DNA of 64,000 nt from Nitratireductor sp. (GTDB lineage Bacteria; Pseudomonadota; Alphaproteobacteria; Rhizobiales; Rhizobiaceae), in the NCBI GenBank assembly GCA_020441665.1, contig JAGRLT010000073.1:33254-97253 (forward strand), written 5' to 3'. The notes beneath the pieces were generated by a model. It did not search any database and was not told the origin of the DNA. It saw only the letters and a list, made by a program, of their open reading frames with translations. The translations under genes were made by a program, and so were the position numbers. Positions 54,871 through 63,562 of this stretch are shown here, in pieces; position 1 is the stretch's first letter, and every line of letters starts with the position of its first letter.

Positions 54871-55943
54871 CACAAAAGGTCGACAATTTCATCCGCAGCG
54901 CGCCCGGGCCCGTCGATCTCCGCGAGCGGCCGGGCGATTTCCCTCGCCTTAGCCGACATTTCATCGAAGGAATACCGGGAAAGTTCAGCCGCCATGTCTG
55001 ACGGATCGCCGCAAAGCCCGCAGCCCGCAGCTTGCAGAACCTCGCCCATGATCTCGTGATTGCGATGGCCGGGCAGGACGATCACCGGCAGCCCGGCGGC
55101 AAGCGCCATATAGGTCGAACCCGCGCCCCCCTGGGTGACGACCAGCCGCGAACGGGCAAGAACCGGTTCGAGGGGAAGCCAGGGATGGGCGTGATCGACG
55201 ATACCCTTGCGCAGATAGTCTCCGCCATTGCCGCCCGCAAACAGCGAGGCGCCGCATCCTGCCCATTCCTTCAATGCTTCCATGACGCCGGCGGAAAACA
55301 TGCGTTTGCCGGTGGAGCCCAGCGTCACCAGCAGCAGCCGGTCGAGTTCGCTCACCGAGGCGGGAAGATCGCCGTCCGGCGTCCAGGCGCAAGGTCCGCA
55401 GAGCCGATAGGCGGAAGGCAGTTCAGCCATGCCGCAGATCAGACCGGGCGGGTCGGCGAGCAATACCCTGTCCGCCTCGTACAATTCGAACGCGGACTGT
55501 ATGGCGGACAGGCCGCGCTGCCGCCGCCAGTCATTGACCTGGCCGCGGATCGTGCGAAACCAGTCGGTCTGCACGGTATCTGCGCCGAAACGAGCCGTGA
55601 GGAAGAAATTGGTGACGACGACGCGCGGGCAATCGGGCAGCCGCACGGCCGACATCCAGCGCAAGGGGCACAAATCCTGCACGATCGCATCATAGCCATG
55701 GCTGGCAAAGTGCTGCTCCAGGCCAGCTCCAAATTCCCCCGCCGGAAGGCTTAACGCAGCCTTGGCAACGGGCACACCGATCACGTCGTACTTTCCCTTG
55801 AGCAGCGGGAAAGCATGGCTGCCGTGATCCGGTGTGATGAAGGTGATCTTCGTTCCGCCTTCCCGCGAGAGACTTTCGGCAATGCTGAGCAGACGGCTGA
55901 CATGGCCGAGCGCCGGTCCGCAAATGAACGCTATTTTCCTCAT
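54870..55943 (-). CDS. GT1-family glycosyltransferase (MGT/UDP-glycosyltransferase-like, GT28 C-terminal type), 357 aa
   Basis: N-terminal KIAFICGPALGHVSRLLSIAESL and C-terminal VTQGGAGSTYMALAAGLPVIVLPGHRNHEIMGEVLQ nucleotide-sugar-binding region. Confidence 0.75.
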   Translation of the reverse strand: MRKIAFICGPALGHVSRLLSIAESLSREGGTKITFITPDHGSHAFPLLKGKYDVIGVPVAKAALSLPAGEFGAGLEQHFASHGYDAIVQDLCPLRWMSAVRLPDCPRVVVTNFFLTARFGADTVQTDWFRTIRGQVNDWRRQRGLSAIQSAFELYEADRVLLADPPGLICGMAELPSAYRLCGPCAWTPDGDLPASVSELDRLLLVTLGSTGKRMFSAGVMEALKEWAGCGASLFAGGNGGDYLRKGIVDHAHPWLPLEPVLARSRLVVTQGGAGSTYMALAAGLPVIVLPGHRNHEIMGEVLQAAGCGLCGDPSDMAAELSRYSFDEMSAKAREIARPLAEIDGPGRAADEIVDLL

Positions 55944-56067
55944 GGCCCCCTTCCGGATAGCGGCATCCCCAAATCCGCGACAGGCGGAAAAGGCGAAGGT
56001 TTCCGGCTATCCCCGCCACCCGTTGACCGCGCTGCCGGCAATGCGAATGGAGCGCCATCGTATCTGC

Positions 56068-56110
56068 AAAACGCATTGACCCTCAATTGCGCACCGCAAC
56101 TGAGGGTCAA
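56068..56110 (-). terminator. Rho-independent terminator after fibre cassette 1
   Basis: A 10-bp perfect stem, ttgaccctca (56076-56085) with tgagggtcaa (56101-56110), and a 15-nt loop. On the minus strand it is followed by TGCGTTTTGC. It lies about 77 nt after the stop at 56187. Confidence 0.55.
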
Positions 56111-56186
56111 CCCATTGACTGCAACGCTGGATCATGAACGCGAAAGCACCGGTTCACGAGCCCATGACAAGGCCATCCTCGCCAAC

Positions 56187-57110
56187 TTAGGGAAGGCAGG
56201 AAAGCAAGCCGGCGGCACTGCTCCGGATACCATTGGTGCAATTGGCCAATTGCGGAATGGTCACCGCGCCGGTCGAGCTGATCAGAAGTTCCTGAACGCC
56301 GCTGCCGTCGATGCTGACGCGGAAATCACCATTGTCGCTGACGTCCATAACCCAGACGTTCGGAGCATCGGTGTTCTCGAAGCGGATACGCGGCAATCCG
56401 TCATTGCCGGCACCGCCACGGCGGATATGCAGCGCCGCATCGGCGGTCACATCGTTGTTCGCAAGCCCCATACCGATATTGTTGTTGGCGCTGATGACGA
56501 AGGCGCCGCTGTCGGCACCCGGGATGACGCGGATCGGCAGCTGGCTGCCATTGGTCACGTCGCGCAGGAAGAAGTTTGCTTCGTTACCCGCCAGATCCCA
56601 GGTCTGGGCGGAAAATCCCGAGGACGTGTTCTGCTCCAGCCGCAGACCCGGCGTATTGCCATCGGCGGCATGCAGGCTGAGCGAGGTGTTGGGGGCGTTG
56701 GTGCCGAAACCCACCGAACCGGAACTGTCGACATAGATCGAATTGGACGGCGCGCCGGCCTCGATCGTCGTCACATACCGGCCGGAAGTCGCATCCTGGA
56801 TGGCATAATAGTTGGCACCGCCATTCTGGCTGTTGTTGACCTCGATCCGCCAGTCATTGTTGGGAAAGCTGCCGCTGTTGCTCGTATCGTCGAAATGGAT
56901 ACGCAGATTGTTTTCCTTCAGCCGGATCGTATCGGCGCCGAAATTCTCCGTACTGGTGCAATCGACGCCAACGCACAGGCTGCCCTGGACGATCACATCC
57001 TGAGTAAAGACCTGCGCCGCCGAGGCACTGCCGGCAAACGGAACGGACAGAGCGGTCAGAGCCAGCGCGCTCGCGGTCACCGCATGAAGCGAATTCATTG
57101 CTTTTTTCAT
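56187..57110 (-). CDS. Secreted tail-fibre-like repeat protein, paralogue 1, 307 aa
   Basis: Signal peptide ...PFAGSASA. Three internal repeats of about 75 aa each, ending in (V/I)G(F/M)G...LH motifs. It shares long identical runs with paralogue 2 (FGADTIRLKENNLRIHFDDTS, GGAGNDGLPRI). Confidence 0.7.
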   Translation of the reverse strand: MKKAMNSLHAVTASALALTALSVPFAGSASAAQVFTQDVIVQGSLCVGVDCTSTENFGADTIRLKENNLRIHFDDTSNSGSFPNNDWRIEVNNSQNGGANYYAIQDATSGRYVTTIEAGAPSNSIYVDSSGSVGFGTNAPNTSLSLHAADGNTPGLRLEQNTSSGFSAQTWDLAGNEANFFLRDVTNGSQLPIRVIPGADSGAFVISANNNIGMGLANNDVTADAALHIRRGGAGNDGLPRIRFENTDAPNVWVMDVSDNGDFRVSIDGSGVQELLISSTGAVTIPQLANCTNGIRSSAAGLLSCLP

Positions 57111-57125
57111 GGTTCTTCCCCTCTT

Positions 57126-57557
57126 CTATTCCTCGGACTGGCTGGCCTTGTCGGAAATCAGGCCGTTGGCGGCGTAGAACGAGCCGCTGAACACGACCCC
57201 CGCGCCTTCCGTGGTGTCCGCGCTGCTGCGTCCGTTATTGACCGGCTGCTTGAGCGCCGACTGGCCGCCGGTCGCGGCAGAAAGCTGATAATTATAGGTT
57301 CCCGCGGAGGTTCCGCCGGAGCGAATGAGATCGATCGCCACCGATCCCGAAGTGGAACTGGCCGTGGCGTAATAGCCGTCGGGCCCCGACACGCTCAGCG
57401 ACGCGGCATGATAATCCGACCCCAGATTGAACCGCACCTGCGATCCCTGCAGGGTCATCTGGTCGCCGGACAACTCGGCCGCGCAGGCCGCCGCCGACGC
57501 ACCGGCCGCGACCCCAATGCCCAGCAGGCCGGTCAGGATTTTCAGGCGCAATGTCAT
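57126..57557 (-). CDS. Small secreted protein (Ig-like/beta-rich by composition), cassette 1, 143 aa
   Basis: SD GGAGGAGG, and signal peptide MTLRLKILTGLLGIGVAAGASAAACA. It is homologous to the 142-aa protein at 58993..59421 (SLSVSGPDGYY...VAIDLIRSGGTSAGTYNYQLSAA versus KLVVTGPNRFQ...VSVDLIKAGGIDAGVYRYEVSAA). Confidence 0.65.
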   Translation of the reverse strand: MTLRLKILTGLLGIGVAAGASAAACAAELSGDQMTLQGSQVRFNLGSDYHAASLSVSGPDGYYATASSTSGSVAIDLIRSGGTSAGTYNYQLSAATGGQSALKQPVNNGRSSADTTEGAGVVFSGSFYAANGLISDKASQSEE

Positions 57558-57766
57558 GATTGCCTCCTCCCATATTGATTGCGGTCGCCCTTTGGCGCCC
57601 AAACTGATTTCCTTCATTACCACACGCGCCCCAAAATAAGAACGACAATTACACAAATTGCAGTTTTTTACCAAAGGCCGCCTTTATTGATGATTTTGGG
57701 CGTTATGCTTCTCCGAGATGATAACGCCGCGAATTCGCCACCCTCAAATCGATATACCGCAGGACA

Positions 57767-57795
57767 ACGCATACAAGTCCCGCCGCAGCGAGACT
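57767..57795 (-). terminator. Stem-loop terminator after fibre cassette 2
   Basis: A 12-bp perfect stem gtcccgccgcag / ctgcggcgggac with a 5-nt loop, about 40 nt after the stop at 57837. The downstream T-run on the minus strand is weak (TTGTATGCGTTG). Confidence 0.5.
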
Positions 57796-57836
57796 GCGGC
57801 GGGACCGATCGAAAAGCAGAAAATGCCGAATATCGC

Positions 57837-58973
57837 CTAGTTGCTGGCTTTTTCTTCCAGCACCGCCAGACGGGCCTCGAACATGACCTTCTGTTCCTTC
57901 AACTGGTTGTGCAACTGCTCGATATAGATGTGGGCATGCTCGAGTTCGTTCAGCATCCGCACCAGCTTCAGCGTCACGTCGAGCGGCTCATCCGGACGGG
58001 TCGGCCCCACCGCGGGCAGGTATTTGTTGGCCCACATCTGCGCCGCGTGATCGTCGATCGAGGGAACCGTGTAGATCGCCGGATCGAAGACCGCATCGCA
58101 CGGATCGGCGGGTGTGCAGGCACCGCCGCCGCCGGTCGTGACCAGGCCGCCGGTAATCGTCAGATTGCCGGCCGACGACAACACGAATTCCTGCTGGCCG
58201 CTGCCATCGACGCTGATTCGGAAATCGTCATTGTCGCTGGCATCCACCGTCCAGTTTTCCGAACCGTCGGTATTGTCGAACATGATCCTCGGAAGCCCGT
58301 CATTGCCGGCGCCGCCGCGACTCAGATGCAGCAAGGCCGACGGCGAAATCGTGCCCAGACCGATATGGCCGGTGCTGCCTTCGATGATGAGCGAGTTGGA
58401 CGGCGCGCCGGGGAAGACCCGCAGCGGCAGCGTGCTGCCATGGGTCGCATCCCGCAGGAAGAAGCTGGTCTCGTTGCCCGCCAGGTCCCAGGTCTGCGGC
58501 GCGAAGCCGGAAGAGCCGTCCTGTTCGAGACGCAGGCCCGGCGAATCGCCGTTGCGCGTATGAAGCTCGAGCACCGGCGTCGAGGTGTTGAAACCGACCC
58601 GGCCGCCATCGTCGACATAGAGCGCGTTGGAAACCGCGCCGGCCTCGATGGTGAAGGGAATGCGGTTGGCCGTGGCGTCCTGCACCGAGAACCGCGAAAG
58701 CCCGCCATTGGCCTGGTCGTTGACCAGGATGCGCCAGTCATTGCGCGGAAAGGAACCCGCCGTCGACGTATCGTCGAAATGGATACGCAGATTGTTTTCC
58801 TTCAACCGGATCGTGTCGGCGCCGAACCCCGGCTCGGGATTGCCGCAGTCGAAACCGACGCAAAGCGAGTTGTAGACCGTCAGATCGGCCTGGGCGGTCG
58901 CCGGCAGAAGGGTCGCGGCGCCAAGCGCGAGAACGGAAGCTGCCGCCTTCAGGCGGTACGTAGAATGTGTCAT
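57837..58973 (-). CDS. Secreted tail-fibre-like repeat protein, paralogue 2, with an extra C-terminal helical module, 378 aa
   Basis: SD GGGAGA and signal peptide ...LLPATAQA. It has the same three-repeat body as paralogue 1, plus about 90 additional C-terminal residues ending in a heptad-like helix (LNELEHAHIYIEQLHNQLKEQKVMFEARLAVLEEK). Confidence 0.7.
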   Translation of the reverse strand: MTHSTYRLKAAASVLALGAATLLPATAQADLTVYNSLCVGFDCGNPEPGFGADTIRLKENNLRIHFDDTSTAGSFPRNDWRILVNDQANGGLSRFSVQDATANRIPFTIEAGAVSNALYVDDGGRVGFNTSTPVLELHTRNGDSPGLRLEQDGSSGFAPQTWDLAGNETSFFLRDATHGSTLPLRVFPGAPSNSLIIEGSTGHIGLGTISPSALLHLSRGGAGNDGLPRIMFDNTDGSENWTVDASDNDDFRISVDGSGQQEFVLSSAGNLTITGGLVTTGGGGACTPADPCDAVFDPAIYTVPSIDDHAAQMWANKYLPAVGPTRPDEPLDVTLKLVRMLNELEHAHIYIEQLHNQLKEQKVMFEARLAVLEEKASN

Positions 58974-58992
58974 CGTTCCAATCTCCCTGACC

Positions 58993-59421
58993 CTAGTCTT
59001 CTTCCTTGGGACCCGGATCAACCTTGACGATGATCCCGTCCTTGGCGGTGAACGTGCCGTAAGCGACCCCGGTAAGGGGGCGTTTCGGATTGTCGTTCGG
59101 ACCTCGGCCATTGTTGAGGCCCGAGCGGCTCGTCCAGGTCGTCTTGGTAGAGGCCGCGCTGACCTCGTAGCGATAGACGCCGGCATCGATGCCGCCGGCC
59201 TTGATCAGGTCGACGGAAACTGTCGTGCCCTTGGAGAAGGCGTCGGTCTGGAACCGGTTGGGACCGGTCACCACCAGTTTGGCGTTGAAGTAGTTTTTGG
59301 GGACGGTGATGGTTACGCGCGAACCTTCGAGTTCCTCGCTAACCTGAATTTCGCCGGCGAGCACAGGCGCGTATACAAGGACGCACATACCTCCCGCCAA
59401 CAACAGGCTGGTCTTCCGCAT
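58993..59421 (-). CDS. Small secreted protein, cassette 2, 142 aa
   Basis: Signal peptide MRKTSLLLAGGMCVLVYAPVLAG. It is a paralogue of 57126..57557 and ends 19 nt upstream of the fibre gene. Confidence 0.65.
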   Translation of the reverse strand: MRKTSLLLAGGMCVLVYAPVLAGEIQVSEELEGSRVTITVPKNYFNAKLVVTGPNRFQTDAFSKGTTVSVDLIKAGGIDAGVYRYEVSAASTKTTWTSRSGLNNGRGPNDNPKRPLTGVAYGTFTAKDGIIVKVDPGPKEED

Positions 59422-59740
59422 CGGAAAAACTCCGTGTTGGTAGCGCCCCAACACCTTACTTATACAAAAGAAACGAAGCCGGGTCAAAGCCCTTGTCGCC
59501 TGCCCGCGAAAGGCAGCGGTTTTCTTGCTTCTTCGGCAACGTGATCAACAACAGGCCCGCCTTGCAAGGATCTGACCATCAGGTCCCCCCGCGGGCTCGT
59601 TCATCTACAAAGACAATGAAAATCTGTTTGAGCTTTGAACTTCCGCGACATGGCTGTTAGAAGCGCCTGATCTTGAATCTGCGGCGGAACAAACCCGACC
59701 GATTCATCGTCTCGAACGATAGTTTCGGCACAGTCTTGAA

Positions 59741-62700
59741 ATGACGGAAATTTCTACTCCCCAAGCCAAGCGGAAGCGGGTCTGCCTGCTCGTGCTCGGC
59801 ATGCACAGGTCAGGTACCAGTGCGCTTACCCGCGTACTCAGCCTCAGCGGGGCAGCGCTGCCGATGAATTTGATCGGACCCGGTGAGGGCAATGAACGCG
59901 GTCACTGGGAACCCCAGAGGCTGGTCAACTTCTGTGAGGAGATTCTCGCCGAATTGGGCTCGTCCTGGCACGACTGGCGCCCTCTCGAGCTTGAAAAACT
60001 GTCCAAGTCGCGCATCGAGCAGATACAGGAGAGATTTCGCACGATTGTTGAGGAGGAATTTGCCGGGCACGACCTTTTCGTCGTCAAGGATCCCCGCCTT
60101 TGCAGGCTTTCGCAACTTTTCGTCGCCGCGCTCGAAAAGGGCGACATTGAGGTCTGCCCGGTACTGCTGGTGCGCAATCCGCTGGAAGTTTCGGCCTCGC
60201 TGAGACAGCGCAGCCGGTTATGGTCACCACACTATAGCCAGGCGCACAGCTCATTGCTATGGTTGTCCTATGTGCTTGCCGCGGAAGCGGAAACACGCGG
60301 CCTCAAACGTGCAGTGGTGACCCATGAGTCTCTGATGCTGGACTGGCGCGGAACGCTTGCCTCGATTGCGCTGAATACCGCAACGGAATTTCCTGTGAGC
60401 GCCGAACAGGCGGAAGACGAAGTGCGCTCCTTTCTGTCAGACGGTTTGTACCGGCAACGGTGGACAACCGGCGAACTGAAGCTCGACCCGGTAATGCGTG
60501 GCTGGATCAGCCAGGCCTTCGATGCGTTGTCCAAGCTGGCATCTGATCCCTCCCGCAAGGCCTCTCTGCGAAAGCTGGACAAAATTCGCGCCGAATTTGA
60601 AGGTTCGGCGCCGATGATCTGCGACTTGCTTGAAAATGCGATCACCGAATCCGTCAGGGCGGTCGAGAACATCGAGGCAAGGATGGAAATCGCCGGCCAG
60701 AGGGCCGTCAGGCGCTCAAAGACGGCCGAAACCGTCAACAGAAAGCTTAAAAGCCTGATGAGCGACCGCGAGGAGACCGTCAGCACCCTGCGCAGCAAGC
60801 TGAAGCTGATGGAACAGGAAAAAGCGGCGTTTGCGCACAAGTTCGCCGAGCTGGAAAGGGAGCTTTCGACCGCCCAAAGTGACTTCGAAGCTGAGCGCAG
60901 GAGACGCGGCGAGGCTCTCAGAGCGACTCAGTCCTACATCGACGCGGTTCGCGAGGAATTCAGGAGTTCCCGGTCGTGGCGGATCACTGCGCCGCTCAGA
61001 GCCGGCGGTCGCATGTACCGCTACCTGCTGAGGATGCTGGGGCTTTTCAGCTTCGTCCGTTCAGAACAGGGATATCTGACCAGCCTGTACAAATCGGCCC
61101 GCATTCTGCTCACGGAAGGACCGCGGGGCTTTGCCGCCAGGCTTGATGCACAGCCGAAAAAGCCGCCGGCAAGACAACCGGTTCCGCCGACCGTTGCCAG
61201 CACGGATGCAGACGTTGATCCCATCTCGTGCCTGCTGGTAACGACCCGCCACGTTGAGGGAATAGCGCAGACGATGGCGCGCATCCTGCGCCAGGAAGGG
61301 TTCAACACGCGTGTTCAGTTTGACGCCGAGGATGCGCACCGGCACGGACACGTCATCGTCCTTTGCCCGCAAATGTTCGAGCAACTTCCGCCCCGGTATA
61401 TTGCCGTTCAGATGGAGCAGTCCATCAATCCGCGCTGGTTTACCGAGCAATATTTCGAGAAGCTCAACAATTCGCAGGCCATCATTGACTATTCGATAAG
61501 GAATATCAGTTTCCTGCGCGAGAACGGCATTCCGCTTGAGAAGTTGCACTATGTGCCGCTCGATACCGACAAAGCCCTGGCCGCCACGGTCGCCAACAAC
61601 AACACGTTCGAACGGCGTGGCATCCTGTTTTATGGCGACGACAAGTGCGAACGGCGCAGGAAGATTCTCGACGCGGTCGCCAGGCAATTGCCGCAACTCA
61701 AGATCGTCAACAACCTGTTCGGCGAGGCACTGCACAAGGAGCTGATGCAGGCGGCGGTCATCTTGAACATTCACTACTACCCGGATGCGCTGCTTGAAAC
61801 GGCCCGCATCCATGAGGCCCTGTCCTTTGGCGCGCCGGTCGTCAGCGAAAGGGGATCGGATCAGGAAGAGCACGATACGCTGGAGAACATCGTGACCTTT
61901 GTCGACGCCGGGGATGTCGATGGCCTGATCAAGGCCCTTCGGCCGTTTGTCGAAAGCAGCCACCATGCCGAGAGCAGGGCAGCAGCAACCGCCGAGTTCG
62001 CCACCCGCGAGACCAACCGCTTCGAAACCTACTTTCGGCGCTTCCTGCTGTCACAACGCATGATCGGACTGGACGGCTTCGTCGAGCGCGCAAGCAATTA
62101 CCCGGTGCCGGTGCCGGCTGACCCCAGACTGTGCCTGAGCCTTCCCGAGACGCCCGACCGGCGACGGCTTTTCATCGACCAGGGACACGACGAATTTCAG
62201 GTTTGGGACGGGTTGAAGATGTCGCCCGGCTGGATGGGAGCGGCGCTCAGCTACAAGCATCTGTTCACCAGGCTGAACTCGGAAAAAGCCGGCAGAGCGG
62301 TTGTCTGCGAGGACGACGTCCTGTTCCCGCCTGATTTCGAACGGCGCTTCAAGACCGTCCTGCGCTACCTCGAAAAGACCCCCTTCGAAATCTTCTCGGG
62401 CTTTATTGCCGACGCCAATGAAAATCTTGTCATCACCAAGGTGGAGGAGTTTGAAGGCGAGCTCTTCATCCACATAGACCGGACGGTGAGCATGGTTTTC
62501 AACATCTACTCGGACACGATCATTGAGTATCTCTCGGGATGGGACATTGCCGATCTAGATGTGGAAACAAACACCATAGACCGCTATCTTGAACGTCGCA
62601 CCGGAACGAAAGCCATTCTGACCCTGCCCTATCTGGTCCAGCACCGGCCGGATGCCGCCTCGACAATCTGGGGTTTCGACAATACCGCTTACGATGAGCT

Positions 62701-62773
62701 TACCACCCAGTCGGAAATTCTGCTTGCGAGAAAAGTTGACGAGTTTCGCCGCAAACACGAAAAAGGCAATTAG
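59741..62773 (+). CDS. Multidomain enzyme, 1010 aa: N-terminal sulfotransferase, coiled coil, GT1-like (GT4-type) domain and C-terminal GT25-like domain
   Basis: VLGMHRSGTSALTRVL (5'-PSB) and LLVRNPLEVSAS (3'-PB). Heptad-rich residues about 300-400 end in SRSWRITAPLR. ETARIHEALSFGAPVVSE is an E-x7-E-type GT motif. The C-terminal VVCEDDVLFPPDFERRF is GT25-like. Domain boundaries are approximate. Confidence 0.7.
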   Translation: MTEISTPQAKRKRVCLLVLGMHRSGTSALTRVLSLSGAALPMNLIGPGEGNERGHWEPQRLVNFCEEILAELGSSWHDWRPLELEKLSKSRIEQIQERFRTIVEEEFAGHDLFVVKDPRLCRLSQLFVAALEKGDIEVCPVLLVRNPLEVSASLRQRSRLWSPHYSQAHSSLLWLSYVLAAEAETRGLKRAVVTHESLMLDWRGTLASIALNTATEFPVSAEQAEDEVRSFLSDGLYRQRWTTGELKLDPVMRGWISQAFDALSKLASDPSRKASLRKLDKIRAEFEGSAPMICDLLENAITESVRAVENIEARMEIAGQRAVRRSKTAETVNRKLKSLMSDREETVSTLRSKLKLMEQEKAAFAHKFAELERELSTAQSDFEAERRRRGEALRATQSYIDAVREEFRSSRSWRITAPLRAGGRMYRYLLRMLGLFSFVRSEQGYLTSLYKSARILLTEGPRGFAARLDAQPKKPPARQPVPPTVASTDADVDPISCLLVTTRHVEGIAQTMARILRQEGFNTRVQFDAEDAHRHGHVIVLCPQMFEQLPPRYIAVQMEQSINPRWFTEQYFEKLNNSQAIIDYSIRNISFLRENGIPLEKLHYVPLDTDKALAATVANNNTFERRGILFYGDDKCERRRKILDAVARQLPQLKIVNNLFGEALHKELMQAAVILNIHYYPDALLETARIHEALSFGAPVVSERGSDQEEHDTLENIVTFVDAGDVDGLIKALRPFVESSHHAESRAAATAEFATRETNRFETYFRRFLLSQRMIGLDGFVERASNYPVPVPADPRLCLSLPETPDRRRLFIDQGHDEFQVWDGLKMSPGWMGAALSYKHLFTRLNSEKAGRAVVCEDDVLFPPDFERRFKTVLRYLEKTPFEIFSGFIADANENLVITKVEEFEGELFIHIDRTVSMVFNIYSDTIIEYLSGWDIADLDVETNTIDRYLERRTGTKAILTLPYLVQHRPDAASTIWGFDNTAYDELTTQSEILLARKVDEFRRKHEKGN

Positions 62774-62896
62774 AGCCTTTCAGGCCCCGCCTTCCGGCAT
62801 GTTTTCCTGTTGCAACCGGGTCAATAGGGCTGATACGGAGCCGCAATCGGCGGCAAGCTGACATTTCGGGCAGAACCAGCCTATACGGGAGGTCCC

Positions 62897-63538
62897 ATGG
62901 AAATCGATTATTCACGCTATAACACGGACAAAGGTCTGCACTTCCTGAAAAACTACGAGCGCTGGTTTGCCGAATTGCGCGACAAGGAGGTCCACATCCT
63001 CGAACTGGGCATTCTGGACGGAGGATCGCTGGAGTTGTGGCGCGATTTCTTTCCGAAAGGAAAGGTCGTGGGTATCGACCTGAAAAAGTTCGAGGTCGGG
63101 AACGAGGAGCGTATCTTTACCTTTGCCGGCTCTCAGGACGATCCCGAACTGTATCGCCGCATACAACGCGAACTGAACATACCCAGGTTCGATATCATCA
63201 TTGATGACGCCTCGCACGTGGGGAACATATCATTGAATTCATTCAATATCCTATATAATGGCTATCTCAGGAACGGCGGCCTGTATGTCGTGGAAGATTG
63301 GGGCACCGGCTATTGGTCCCATTGGCCGGACGGCCATAAATACAACGCGCCAAGCGTCGAAGGAAACCGCATCCGCTCGAACGATCACGGCATGGTCGGC
63401 TTCATCAAGGCGCTGGTCGACTATGTCGCCTTCCCGGATATCGTGCGCTTCGACAGCGAGGCCGCCGGCAGTCTGGTCAAGGTCAGGGCGCTTGAAATAC
63501 AGCCCGGTCAGGTTTGCCTGACAAAGCCGTCGGCATGA
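62897..63538 (+). CDS. Class I SAM-dependent methyltransferase (CmcI/sugar O-methyltransferase-like), 213 aa
   Basis: SD GGGAGG. SAM-binding motif I ILELGILDGGSLELW, an acidic residue after beta-2 (VVGIDL), and IIIDDASH. Confidence 0.7.
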   Translation: MEIDYSRYNTDKGLHFLKNYERWFAELRDKEVHILELGILDGGSLELWRDFFPKGKVVGIDLKKFEVGNEERIFTFAGSQDDPELYRRIQRELNIPRFDIIIDDASHVGNISLNSFNILYNGYLRNGGLYVVEDWGTGYWSHWPDGHKYNAPSVEGNRIRSNDHGMVGFIKALVDYVAFPDIVRFDSEAAGSLVKVRALEIQPGQVCLTKPSA

Positions 63539-63562
63539 ACCGCGAAGCTGCCGACCTAGGTC

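Noticed and set aside
55815-59027. Plus-strand ORFs of 587 aa (55815..57578) and 482 aa (57579..59027) opposite the fibre cassettes
   Set aside because: They are Arg/Gly/Ala-rich with no motifs. The minus-strand genes have SD sequences, signal peptides, paralogous pairs and terminators.
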